This document shows, one piece after another, positions 25,851 through 36,774 of a stretch of DNA of 64,000 nucleotides. The position numbers and the translations under genes were made by a program. Source of the stretch: Leptogorgia sarmentosa (lineage: Eukaryota); contig OZ210885.1 of the NCBI GenBank assembly GCA_964658305.1, forward strand, positions 15,996,001 through 16,060,000, in the 5' to 3' direction. The notes under the pieces are model-generated. The model made no database searches, had not been told where the DNA came from, and saw only the letters and a list, made by a program, of their open reading frames with translations. The stretch's first letter is position 1. Every line of letters begins with the position of its first letter.

Positions 25851-25964
25851 TTCACTTATTCATTCAATTAATTCACTTATGATTCAATTATTGCAAATGG
25901 TTAAGTATTGAAAACGATGATTTAAATATATGTGACTTTTACTCGACACACATTTTTAACACGG

Positions 25965-26375
25965 TTATGGCGGTTTTTAAATCTTTAAATGGTCTATCAT
26001 GTGAACCATTTAATGACTATTTTCAAATTATGAGTCATCAACAAAATAGTCGGAATAACGATTATTGTCTGCGACTACCGAAAGTCAAATTGGAAGTTGC
26101 CAGGAAAGGGTTTTATTTCCAAGGAGTTATAGCTTTTAATAAACTGCTTTTACATGTTCGCCAGATAAACTCCATTGTACATTTTAAAAGTGCTCTTCAG
26201 CAAATGAACAGTTTTTAGACATTGAGATCATTATATGTTTAGTATTGTATGTAGAGTATAGCATATTAACATTTTTACATATAGATTTTTAAGTATTACA
26301 GGACCCTTTGTGATAGCAGTATTTAGTTACACTGAATAAGGTTTTATCCTGTATAAATAAAGTTTTAATAATAAT
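25965..26375 (+). mobile_element. LINE 3' end fragment
   Basis: LPKVKLEVARKGFYFQG..FNKL C-terminus, followed by a 3' UTR with AATAAA and a (TAA) tail. Confidence 0.7.
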
Positions 26376-27164
26376 TGCTGCCGAGCGCCAGCGAGGCAGC
26401 ACACTATTCTTGACGTCACTGGACCCAGTCTTCCACGCCGAGCTATGTATTGTCGAAAAGTCGATCTTTTCTCGGTTCTCCATTTCCGGGATGACAGTGG
26501 ACAGATGAATATGTGGGGGAGGGACCTAGTGCGCATGCAGGCCTTCCATGTGCTAATGTTTTACAATTTACACAAACGATCGGAAATTTCAACGTAAAAA
26601 TATGTCCCAATTACGTGAACGGAATAACGGAGGAACTGTAGTAGATAAAGCGTAATCTATGAGTTCTCCGTATCAATGCTGCCTCTAGACAACTTTTATA
26701 GCCAGAATTTCTGGTATTCCTTTCGTGTATTCTATATTGTACATTTTACATTGACTGTTAACGTTATATTTATACCAGGAAGAAAAGACCGCGGCTAAAA
26801 TAAGTCGCGAACGTAATCTTTTATACGGTATTTCACGAATCCTGGGCAAAAAAATTAGCCGCGGCTTATTCTTCCTCATATATTGGCCCTATTGTCTATT
26901 GTTGCAACAACTAATTGAAATAGCTGTATCACATTTCACTTCTGTCATCGATCGTATGACTTAAAAATGTATCTTGCCCAGGCTTTTGAAAACTTGGCTA
27001 TATTTATTACATTACGCAATTATTTTGACTTCGTATCGTTAAACAGTTTCAAAAGTAGACGGGTATTTTATAACCCAGCCGGAATTTTACAGTTTGTGCG
27101 TTACGGCAGCACTTTTCCTTGCGATAGTAACTCCTAGTAATAATAATAATAATAATCACAATGT

Positions 27165-27690
27165 CAAATGCTTTAGCAGCATTGAAATACAAGATATCTG
27201 TTGGTTTCCCTGAATCCAGGTTTTCACTGATGTGGTCCTAAATGGAAATGAGCTGACCTGTGAAAGACTTTCCTCTTAGAAAACCATGCTGTGCAACAGA
27301 TATCATGTTCTCCATATGGCTAATTAAACGGTTGTAAATACAACATTCTAAAACTTTCACAACAAGGCACATGAGGGAAATTGGTCTGTAATTCTCAACA
27401 AAACTCTTGATCCCTTTTTTATGAAGAGGGATGATGTTGGACAGTTTCCATTCCGATGGTAGGGAGGCCTGCTTTAAGGATTTGTCAAAGAGACATGTTA
27501 ATGATGGTGTGATGGAGTGTGCACATTCTTTTAGTAAGCGGATTGCTATATTATCTGGACCAGATGCTTTACTTGGATAGAGACAATTAAGAACGTCATA
27601 TACTTCACTTGGGACTAATATAATGTCTGAAATAGTCTCTTCACATACAGGTGTAGTGGGGATTGAAATATCATCACTGATGGAGTCATT
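27165..27690 (-). mobile_element. LINE RT fragment
   Basis: Minus-strand translation shows KASGPDNI, NYRPISLMCLVVKVLE, QHGF and DAAKAFD-type motifs. Confidence 0.7.
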
Positions 27691-28204
27691 TTTTAGACCG
27701 GGTGTAGCCCTGGGAGCCTTTAGAATAATAAATCATATGCATATAGAATATGTAATCAAGCTGCGAGAGAATAAAAGGCGATAATCAGAGAGACACTGAA
27801 GCAGAACCGATTAAGGAGTGGTCTACACACTGATAAAATAACTTGATAAGGTAATAAATGAAAGAAGTATGCATTATCAGCGTCGCACTTTACATTATAT
27901 GGGAAAGGTGGATCTTTAATGATCAAGTGCTCTGGTATAGTGTCAAGACGAAGGTATTTGGAGATGGCCTAGTGGAATTGAAAGCGGGGATTGTTATCAA
28001 AACCTTGGCAAACTTACCGACCGCTCTGAAAATTGGGATTGTCAGGACTAGCCGAAGAAACGCTCGCTCCTGCTCTCTCCCTATCTCGTTTGTTGAGCAA
28101 CATATTAGCCCCATCATTACACAAGTAGCTGAAGTTACTGGCATTTTAATTTCGAATTTCTCTGGTGTTAATCATGGGCCCAGTACATTATATGTAAAAT
28201 GTAT

Positions 28205-30150
28205 GCCTTAAAACAACAGTTGAAAGGCAACTACACATCTACAATGGTCCTGTCACCACAAGCCAAGAAAGAGCTGCTTGGTGGATGGAAAACATAGCCA
28301 CAGCTATAAAACCAGTGCAGTGTCCAAACCCTGGCCCCGTTATTCAATCTGATGCCTCTAATGATGGGTTGGGAGCAGTCAGGGGCAATATTACTACTGG
28401 TTGGGGCGATGGACTGAGTGTGAACAACAGGACCACATTAATGTGTTGGAGCTTCAGGCAGCATTTTTCGCCTTGAAGTCCCTGTGCAGTCGGGAATCAG
28501 GGATACACATTTAAATCCAACTAGATAACTCCACAGTAGTGGCATACATAAATAACATGGGTGGCACTAAATTCCACAAAGTGAACCAACTGTCAATTGA
28601 GCTTTGGAAGTGTTGTATTCTGCGCAACATCTGGCTATCTGCTGTACATATTGCAGGGGTAACTAATGTAGAAGGTGACAAAATATCACGCCAATTCTCG
28701 GATAACCATGAGTGGATGCTTCATTAGAAATGGTTCCAAGATATCAGCAACAAATTCCCTAGATTAGACATTGATTTGTTTGCCAGTGGACTTAATGTGC
28801 AGCTGCCAAACTACATCGCATGGCACCCAGGGTGTGTGGCAGTAAATGCTTTTACAGTAACATGGCATTTCAAGATGTTTTCTGCTTTCCCAACATTTGT
28901 GTACAGAAATTATCCAGGTCAAGGCTACAGGAATCCTGATAACACCCCTCTGGACAACACAAACGTGGTTCCCTATTCGACCAACCCTGGATCTCAAACA
29001 ATCATGCAACCTCATGATTCATCCATCAGGGGCAAAAACTACACCCACTTCATAAAGACTAATGGTCTGCCCTGTATATGGGGATCCTTGCAAGCAGCAG
29101 GCCTTTCAAGGGAAGTTACCAATATCCTCATGTCCTCCTGGCGACCTGGCACTAGGAAACAGTATTATAGTTTCTCGTTGGCTGAAGTATGAAAGAAGCG
29201 AGAAATGGGTTCTCACACTGGGGGGCCCCGGGCGAGTGCATGCCCTTATTTGGGCATGCGCGGGAGATAGAGCATGTTTTGTCTTTTGCCGCAAGTGGTA
29301 GTTCCCACCCGCCCACCCTTGTGGTTCGAGTCATTGTTGGGTTATTACTATTGGGTCTATATGTTATTTTTGTGTTCGAAACCAATTTGTTAATAAATAA
29401 AGGCACTGCTACTGTTGCGGTGGCAGACTACACGGCAACCCAGTGTGAGAACAAGACTTACCTTGGGAAATCGATGGACTTTTGTAGTGAAGGGAGGATT
29501 GATCAGTATTCCCGAACACTGACCAAGCGTTATCTTACATGAAGTCTCTCAAAGACCACAGACTAAGCTATTCAGCATTAAATACTGCAAGGTCAGCTTT
29601 ATCTATATCCATTCCGGGTAGCCAAACATTTGGGACACACCCATTAGTTTCACGGTTTATGAAAAGTGTTTACGAAGAGCTGAGGCCACAACCAATATAC
29701 ACAAAAATATGGGATGTCTCTACAGTTCTCAGCTACACTAAAGCTGAACTCATCATTGTCATTGAAGAATCATACACAGAAACTTGTTATGTTGCCATTA
29801 TTAGTTTCGGGCCAGCTTCATGTCAATTTCAAGTACTGGAACATATGAAAACTAGTAAACCAGGTGGAAGCCCAACTGTTATTACATTTCAAAAATATGA
29901 TCAAAATGCAAATATCTGCCCATTACTAACATTGGCAGAGTACCTGAAACAAACAAAGAGTTTGCGGGTTGATGACGACCAAGTATTGATAAGTTATTTG
30001 AAACCTTACAAAGCAGTATCCCGCGATACAATTTCTCTATGGGTGAAACAAGTACTGGCTGATGCTGGCATATATACCAATATTTATACACCCAATAGTA
30101 CAGGAGCAGCCTCAACCTCAAAGGCATATGGTAAAGTATACCCATCTCGT
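28205..30150 (+). mobile_element. DIRS-type retroelement remnant (RNase H, methyltransferase-like region, tyrosine recombinase)
   Basis: QSDAS, HINVLEL, DNSTVVAYINNMGG, HIAGVTNV, IDLFAS, SWRPGTRKQY, NTARSALS, HPLVSRF, CPL, ISLWVK. Many stops and frameshifts. Confidence 0.88.
29208..29453. repeat. Solo-LTR-like insertion in the DIRS recombinase
   Basis: Inverted ends GTTCTCACACTGGG...CCCAGTGTGAGAAC and an internal AATAAA. It interrupts RKQY/KTYLGK. No TSD resolved. Confidence 0.4.
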
Positions 30151-31225
30151 GGATGACAGATGTTATAAATATTCATGAGCATGAAACACATGTTCAAACA
30201 ATACAAAGCGATAAGTTTCGCTTACTAAGAAAAATCTATTTGAACCAGGTGGGCAAAAGAATAGTGATCAAAATGCCAGAGTGAGAAAGGAAGAAAGAAG
30301 GAAAAGAAAGCTAGAGAGACGCCTAGCAAAATTGTCCTTAGATTCAAAGGATGAAAAGCCTAAGAAAAAAAGAGAAAAGAAAACTTGCAAAAGGGAAAGG
30401 GGGGAATAGGAGAGTAACCCGGGACCCACAACCTGATAAGAGCCAGGACCTTAGAAGAAAGACAGTAGTGGTGGGGACACTGGTGTAGTGGTGGTATCGG
30501 ACAGAGAAGTCAGTGGGATTGAAACGAGAGGATGCAATAGTATCAACTTTTTTTTCTTAAATGAATTGTTATTTGTGTGTCTTTACTATATTCTCTATAC
30601 ACTTAATAACATACTGTATAGATAGAGCAAGTACTTTTCAAGAGCCACTTGTTGATTCCTCTTGCATATTAAAAAGGTTAGGCTGTAGTGGTAATATATC
30701 AAAAATTATCACTACTGCCTGGCCTGCTTAATATGTAAGAGGATGAAAAAGAAAATTAGAGTGCCGATTCTTGTTCTATGTACATCTCTCTTAATACCAG
30801 AGTACTTGCTAGCTCTCCCTCTATACATACCACTACAGCCTATTTCATCCAAAGGGAATCTTCAGGTGGTCTACAACAGGCTGTAGTAGTAAGTTTTTAA
30901 GGTTATTATGATAATACATTTCTATATAAATTATATATTATTAATATGATCACCTGTAATGCGAAGCATTAAATGTAGTTCATTCAATACTACATTTTCA
31001 AGTTTAACATCAAGCAGTGGTAAGTGTTGGCATGAAAATGTGTTCTTCAGAGCACAATCTTGGATGATTTTCACTTGACAGGGGTAGAGTTACGCCCACT
31101 ACTGGGCAATATGACAATACATGACAATAATTATACTTCAGTATGTAAATAAATACTAAAAGAAATGACTAAGGAAACAATTATGGAAAATACCTTTTGA
31201 TGACATCACAGTGTCTTCAGCAATA

Positions 31226-31887
31226 TTGAATGAATGAATGATTTATTAATCTGGTTCACCACAATACAAATAAGTAACAAAAACTTATGACAAAAGTGGT
31301 TAGGAAGCCCAAAATAGAAACCAAAGGGCTTATAGAAACTTGGGCTACCTCATGTTATATCACATCAAATACAAATATTACAAAAAATAAACCAACCCAC
31401 AACCGTAACATGTTTATAGAATAAGTAAATTTATAAGATTAAGTGTAATGAGAAAAAAGAAACAATTTTAACATGTACATAAAATTAGATACAGGTGAAG
31501 AGTTATGTATATCGGGTTTCAATGTATTAAAAAGTTTAGGATCCTGATAACCAACCGAAAACTGACGAATATTAGTCCTATATTGTGGGAAATAAAATAA
31601 TTTTGCATTTCGTGTATTATAAGTATCAACATGGCAAACATTTAAAAATAATCCTTCAAAACAATCGGGCAGTAATTTTTGTTACCCAATTGGAGTAAAT
31701 AAATATCCTCAAATTTTAGTATTTTGTGTTTGAAAAAAATAGGAGTGGTATGAGCACCGAAAAATTGCTTATCAACGATTCGTACTGCACGTTTTTGCAA
31801 CAATACAATACGATTAAGATTACTTGAATATGTTGAACCCCAAATCGCAACACAATACTGAAGATACGGATATACTAGTGCAAAATA
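31226..31887 (-). mobile_element. L2/CR1-type LINE 3' part (host of the 20.8-kb element)
   Basis: YFALVYPYLQYCVAIWGSTYSSNLNRIVLLQKRAVR, then AATAAA and a (TTCA)n tail near 31226-31250. Confidence 0.85.
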
Positions 31888-32616
31888 CAGGGGGTTGCCA
31901 AAAAAAAAGAGCCCCCCTATTTAAAAAGGGCTTTTTGTGTAAATGTAGACGCACATGCGGTATGGATAAAATATATTGCCTCACAAGCATTCAACAAATA
32001 GTTCGTGCTAAAAGTGATGGGTTTTAGTTAATCTCACTGGAATCAATGTGAAACTGTTGCCATCGAGGAAGCAAATGAGAAGAAAGGGCTAAGAAGAAGA
32101 TAGCTAGAAACCTTCAATATTGGACTCACCCCGTGCTAGACGCGAGTGCTTGGAAAGTAGCAACGAATATAGACTCAGCTATTCTTGGGCAAAAAAAGTC
32201 GTATGAAGGAAAGTGAGAGTGCTGGATGAATGCCAGGTTCTGGAACACCGCACAAGACAAGGATTCATGAAGACAGGCTTTTGATGAGAGAGGCTGTTAA
32301 GAGATTATCAACTCTTGAATGTTTGCCCAAATATCGCTGACCTCGCACAGCCACTAATAAAGCGCACACATATATGTAACCAAATATCACCATGGACTAA
32401 AATGCCGCCTCTGCCAAAAATAAACCGAAAAAATTTAATTCAAACAATCTTCAGTCCGATTACTCAATGGAGATAACTTAATATGGGTTACATCGTTATG
32501 TTTCAGGCACCAATACATGTATAGTAGGACGCCATCTTGGATATGATGTCACCACATAGAGTATAATATAGTCGCATGCAATGCAGATGCTCAGGTAGTG
32601 TAGTATTGGCGACGTA

Positions 32617-32779
32617 ATGGACGTTATGTGCGTTATATGCGTTATAGACGTTATGGGCATTATAGACGTTATGTGCGTTATATGCGTTATAGGCGTTATG
32701 TGCGTTATAGACGTTAATGGGTGCTATGTGCGTTATGTGCGTTATAGGCCTTATAGACGTTATGGGTGTTACGTGCATT
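32617..32779. repeat. 9-bp tandem repeat, left part (GCGTTATAG/GCGTTATGT variants)
   Basis: Same unit as 42120-43015. Interrupted by the Zator-like insertion. Confidence 0.9.
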
Positions 32780-32968
32780 GGCATATTGCATTTTATATCC
32801 ATACACCCCCTGTTGAGGACATGTGTTCTGAAACCGACACCCTCCTGGATTTTCCAAGCACTTTTTCCTTTAATCCCTGGAAAATTGGCTTTATTTGTAA
32901 GGGATGCCTGGAATTCCAAGATTTTTCAGTTGTTAACCCTTGGAAATGCAATTTTACAACATTGGGCT

Positions 32969-33197
32969 GGAATTCCATTGTGAATTAAGATTGTTCTTCC
33001 CTGGATTTCCTTACCAAACTTGCAATTTCCACATGGGCTCCTGGAATTCCATTGTCATTTAGATTGCTCTTCCCTGGATTTCCTTACCAAACTTGCAATT
33101 TCCACATGGGCTCCTGGAATTCCATTGTCATTTAGATTGCTCTTCCCTGGATTTCCTTACCAACCTTGCAATTCCTACATGTGCTCCTGGAATTCTG
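32969..33197. repeat. ~73-bp subterminal tandem repeat (~3 copies)
   Basis: Unit GGAATTCCATTGTCATTTAGATTGCTCTTCCCTGGATTTCCTTACCAAACTTGCAATTTCCACATGGGCTCCT. Confidence 0.9.
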
Positions 33198-33703
33198 GGC
33201 ATCTAATGTAGGTCCCCATGGAAATATGAGCTTTTTTAGCCCTCCCCCAGATTTCCTCACTAAACAATTATCTCCAGTTTGCCCTGCCCCACCCCTCCTA
33301 CCTTCCACAGTTTAATGTCTCAAAAGACAATTTGCGATATGTAACCATTGTACTTTACCCAAAATTTTTTATATATCTTTACAACGTATGATGAATTAGT
33401 TAAGATAGAGTGTCCAATACAGCTAGCACATAAAGCAATAAACTTTCTCACTTATGGTGGTATAATATTGCTGCTATATCCCCTGACCACAATTGCTCCA
33501 CCTACTTATGTAAAAAACATTGATACACTGGTGCGTAAATAAGTTTATTAACGCAAAGTTTATTAACGCAAAACTTTACACTATAGATGGACTGTATAGT
33601 AACATACCATGTGGTAATACCATGCATGCGATATGTTTCTACATGCTAATGTTTATCATAGTCTTAATAACAAAGTCAACGAAAAGTTACGCAAATATGA
33701 ATG

Positions 33704-34645
33704 TTACTTTAAACATTCTGATAACAGTGCCTTTTTAACACCAAGATTTTTTCGTAAAGTATCTTGGGCTTTTCGGAGTTCGCTCATCGAAGAGTCCAAT
33801 GATGATTTTGCTTTTTTCAACTTTATTTTTATCTCTTCTCGGCTAACCAAATCTTGATTCCGCTTTAATGTTTGTGAAAGCGAACTAACTGTTTCTCTCA
33901 GGCTTTGGGTGCTTATATTTGCTTCCCGGACTCTTTCAAGATTTTTTGATATAGTCGTCTTTTTGCTTTTAGGGACTTGCCAGTCAGGATTCGATGTCAT
34001 TCCCTCTGCGCTTTTGATACTTTCCTCCAGTTCTTGAACTTTTTTTGATTCATTTTCAAGGAGACAGCAATGTTCGATTTTCCAGAGCTCGTTGATTTGT
34101 TTGTATATTTCGCTTTTACTAATACTTCTATCTTTGGCCAATTTTTTAACTTGCTCGTTCCAAAAGCAACGATATTCTTTCTCATTTCCTTTCCCTTTCT
34201 CTATTTCAGCATTACTATACACTTTTAAATTTCTCAGTTCGACATCCGATAGACGACGTAGTTTGGGAATTTCAGTGGAGTCAGTTGTTGATGTCACTTC
34301 ACTGTCCAACGTAGACGACACTGCAAAATTCTCCTGAAGGTTAGGCAAACTTGTGCTTTCTGCAAGCGAATCTTTAACTTTGTTCTCACCGAAGGACAAA
34401 TATATCATCAGAAATGATTCATCATCGCTTGTTAGCGCGATGTTTCGAACCATGACAGAACTTTCTTGCGATCTCGATATATTTACACCATGGTGCTGGA
34501 ATTTATAGTTATTCGACGAAATAATATCGGCCACTTGTTGCGATATCACACCTCGTATTTCACTTAAAAGCATATCTACTTTAATATCAAATAAAATTGC
34601 TACAGCCGTTTTATCATGAGCAGCATCTATCAATTTTATATCCAT
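33704..34645 (-). CDS. Uncharacterised cargo protein 1 (putative ubiquitin-like N-terminus, helical domain, coiled coil), 313 aa
   Basis: Intact intronless ORF with an ATG start. Paralogous to 35287-36312 (ISRSQE/ISPQQE; EKEYRCFWN/EKERRIFWN; ELRKAQ/ELKSCQ). Confidence 0.75.
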   Translation of the reverse strand: MDIKLIDAAHDKTAVAILFDIKVDMLLSEIRGVISQQVADIISSNNYKFQHHGVNISRSQESSVMVRNIALTSDDESFLMIYLSFGENKVKDSLAESTSLPNLQENFAVSSTLDSEVTSTTDSTEIPKLRRLSDVELRNLKVYSNAEIEKGKGNEKEYRCFWNEQVKKLAKDRSISKSEIYKQINELWKIEHCCLLENESKKVQELEESIKSAEGMTSNPDWQVPKSKKTTISKNLERVREANISTQSLRETVSSLSQTLKRNQDLVSREEIKIKLKKAKSSLDSSMSELRKAQDTLRKNLGVKKALLSECLK

Positions 34646-34993
34646 AATTTCGAAGGTTTTTACGAAATTGTTTTAACTTGGAACAGCTACTTTTGTTGCG
34701 AGAGTAAACAGACGAATAGGTATGTTGTTCCATAATTATTTAGGCCCGTTCTATAAATAACATGTGACATTTGGTCAGTTTTTGTAAACACAACATGCTG
34801 TAAAATTTAAAATTTCTTTTGCGGCTTTTTTCCCGCACTTATATTAATAGGTATATATGCCAATCTGGTTGATAAAACTAGGTTTTAAAAAACTATATAC
34901 ATATAATTATACGGTATTTTTTTGCGAATATATCGTTTTTAATGTTTTCTGGGCGGCTTGTAATCAGACGCGCTTACAGGAAAATACCGAGAG

Positions 34994-35149
34994 CGGAGTC
35001 CGTCTGTAAAGTGTTTTTAGACATACCGGTCCATTGAATGGACTCCGTCTTTTCCACTTTTATAGGCAGAAGGTAACCCTAACCCTAACGAGACGGATTC
35101 CATTCAGAAGTTTCCAGTATGTCTAAAAACACTTTATAGACAGACTCCA
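34994..35149. repeat. Small inverted-repeat element with a (TAACCC) tract, between the divergent cargo genes
   Basis: GGAGTCCGTCTGTAAAGTGTTTTTAGACATAC versus GTATGTCTAAAAACACTTTATAGACAGACTCC, with TAACCCTAACCCTAA at 35074-35088. Confidence 0.7.
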
Positions 35150-35286
35150 CACTCCGTAATCCTCACTCCATTTTTCCACCATGCTGTCAATTGGCTTCCT
35201 TGGCAAATAGCCAATCAAGTGTTAAGTAAAGCTTGTAAACAATAAATTCAGCCGCATCAAAATCTGTAGAATTCAAGGAAGTAAAT

Positions 35287-36312
35287 ATGCTTGCAAGAAT
35301 AACTTTCGTCGGCCAAGATGGACAAAAATATGGATGTCTGGAAAATGTTGACGAGACACAGACACTGTCGCATGTTCGTAAAAGTGGATATAGGTTTCTC
35401 AACAACATCCTGCCGGAGGCATACACGTTTACATGGAAGAATACCCCAATATCACCTCAGCAAGAAGAGATTCTAAAAGTTTCACGATGTTCCAAGGTAG
35501 TTTCACAGCAGCCCCGAGCACTGGAACTATCCATAAATGTGAAATGTCAAGGAAATTCTTCATCATCAGAACGATCCAGGGTTACATGTAACTCGGTTCC
35601 AGACATAAGCCAGTCTGTATCTGGAAATGTTTTTGTTGGAAATGAAAATGAATCGTCAAATTTAAGATCAGGATTGGAGCTCTTTCATGAAAATGAGATT
35701 CAAGATCCGAAAATACCAACAATGGAAAAGGAAAGAAGAATTTTTTGGAATTTGTTGGCTAGCAATATTTGTTCCCAATCACAGTTTCGAGGGTGGAGTT
35801 TGCAGGCAGTTAATGGTTTGATTGACACTGAGTGGACGTTGAGGAAAACAGAATTGCTAAAAATAGATGCAGATCAGGAAATAAAAAATATCCGCACCCA
35901 AAATGCGGAATCCGAAAAAACGGATAAAAGAGAGAGTAAAATTGAACGAATATTACAAAAACTGTTATTGCTAGACGTCCAGCGTAAAAACGTTTACAAG
36001 AAAATTGAAGGACTTCATGCACAATTGAAGCACATAACAACTGATCGTACAAGTTTTCAGGAACAGATAGCCCTAGAGGAAGATAACTTAGATAAAGTTA
36101 TTACCGAACTTAAATCATGTCAGTCTAGCCTAGAACAGAGCATTGCTAGTTCCCTAAATCGTACTGAATACACAGGAGTAGACGATTCTGCAAAAACCTC
36201 CAATCAAACAGAGGCTAGAAGTGAAGTATTATTAAGTGATGATGAATTTGAGGAAGTGAGGCAATCAGTAGTCGAAGATTATGCCGTCGACAATGTAACT
36301 GATATGAACTAA
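35287..36312 (+). CDS. Uncharacterised cargo protein 2, paralog of 33704-34645, 341 aa
   Basis: Intact intronless ORF with the same motif order as cargo protein 1 and an acidic tail. Confidence 0.75.
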   Translation: MLARITFVGQDGQKYGCLENVDETQTLSHVRKSGYRFLNNILPEAYTFTWKNTPISPQQEEILKVSRCSKVVSQQPRALELSINVKCQGNSSSSERSRVTCNSVPDISQSVSGNVFVGNENESSNLRSGLELFHENEIQDPKIPTMEKERRIFWNLLASNICSQSQFRGWSLQAVNGLIDTEWTLRKTELLKIDADQEIKNIRTQNAESEKTDKRESKIERILQKLLLLDVQRKNVYKKIEGLHAQLKHITTDRTSFQEQIALEEDNLDKVITELKSCQSSLEQSIASSLNRTEYTGVDDSAKTSNQTEARSEVLLSDDEFEEVRQSVVEDYAVDNVTDMN

Positions 36313-36774
36313 AAGGGTTGGTGCTAGGACGTTTATGTTCATGAATACTATAGTAATAGGAAAGTTGAAATTTCGTTATATCATATCAAGTATTTAATTT
36401 AAATCATAGATTTTGAAAACATTTGTATCCGTATCAGTTTAGGCGTTTGTTAAAACATCCGCGTTTCATAATATTGGATAAAACGCAAATAGGCGTTCTT
36501 CCTCCAGTTTGGTGAACATTTTTAACGCATATTCGCGTTTTGTTCAAAAACTTAAAGCATAAAACACGGACATGACTTGTAAAGGCACAAGAAGCATTGC
36601 TTGATGCAAAAGTGAGTCATCCGACTGTCGGCCTTCATCCGTACGTCCGTATCCGCCTTTAATCCTAACCTTATCTGAAATCAACAAGTTACAAGTATAA
36701 GTTAATAATTAGCTACTCATGCAATGTTATAGAATTTATGTCAATTTAAAAAAAACCGTCTTTCTAAAAGCTGC

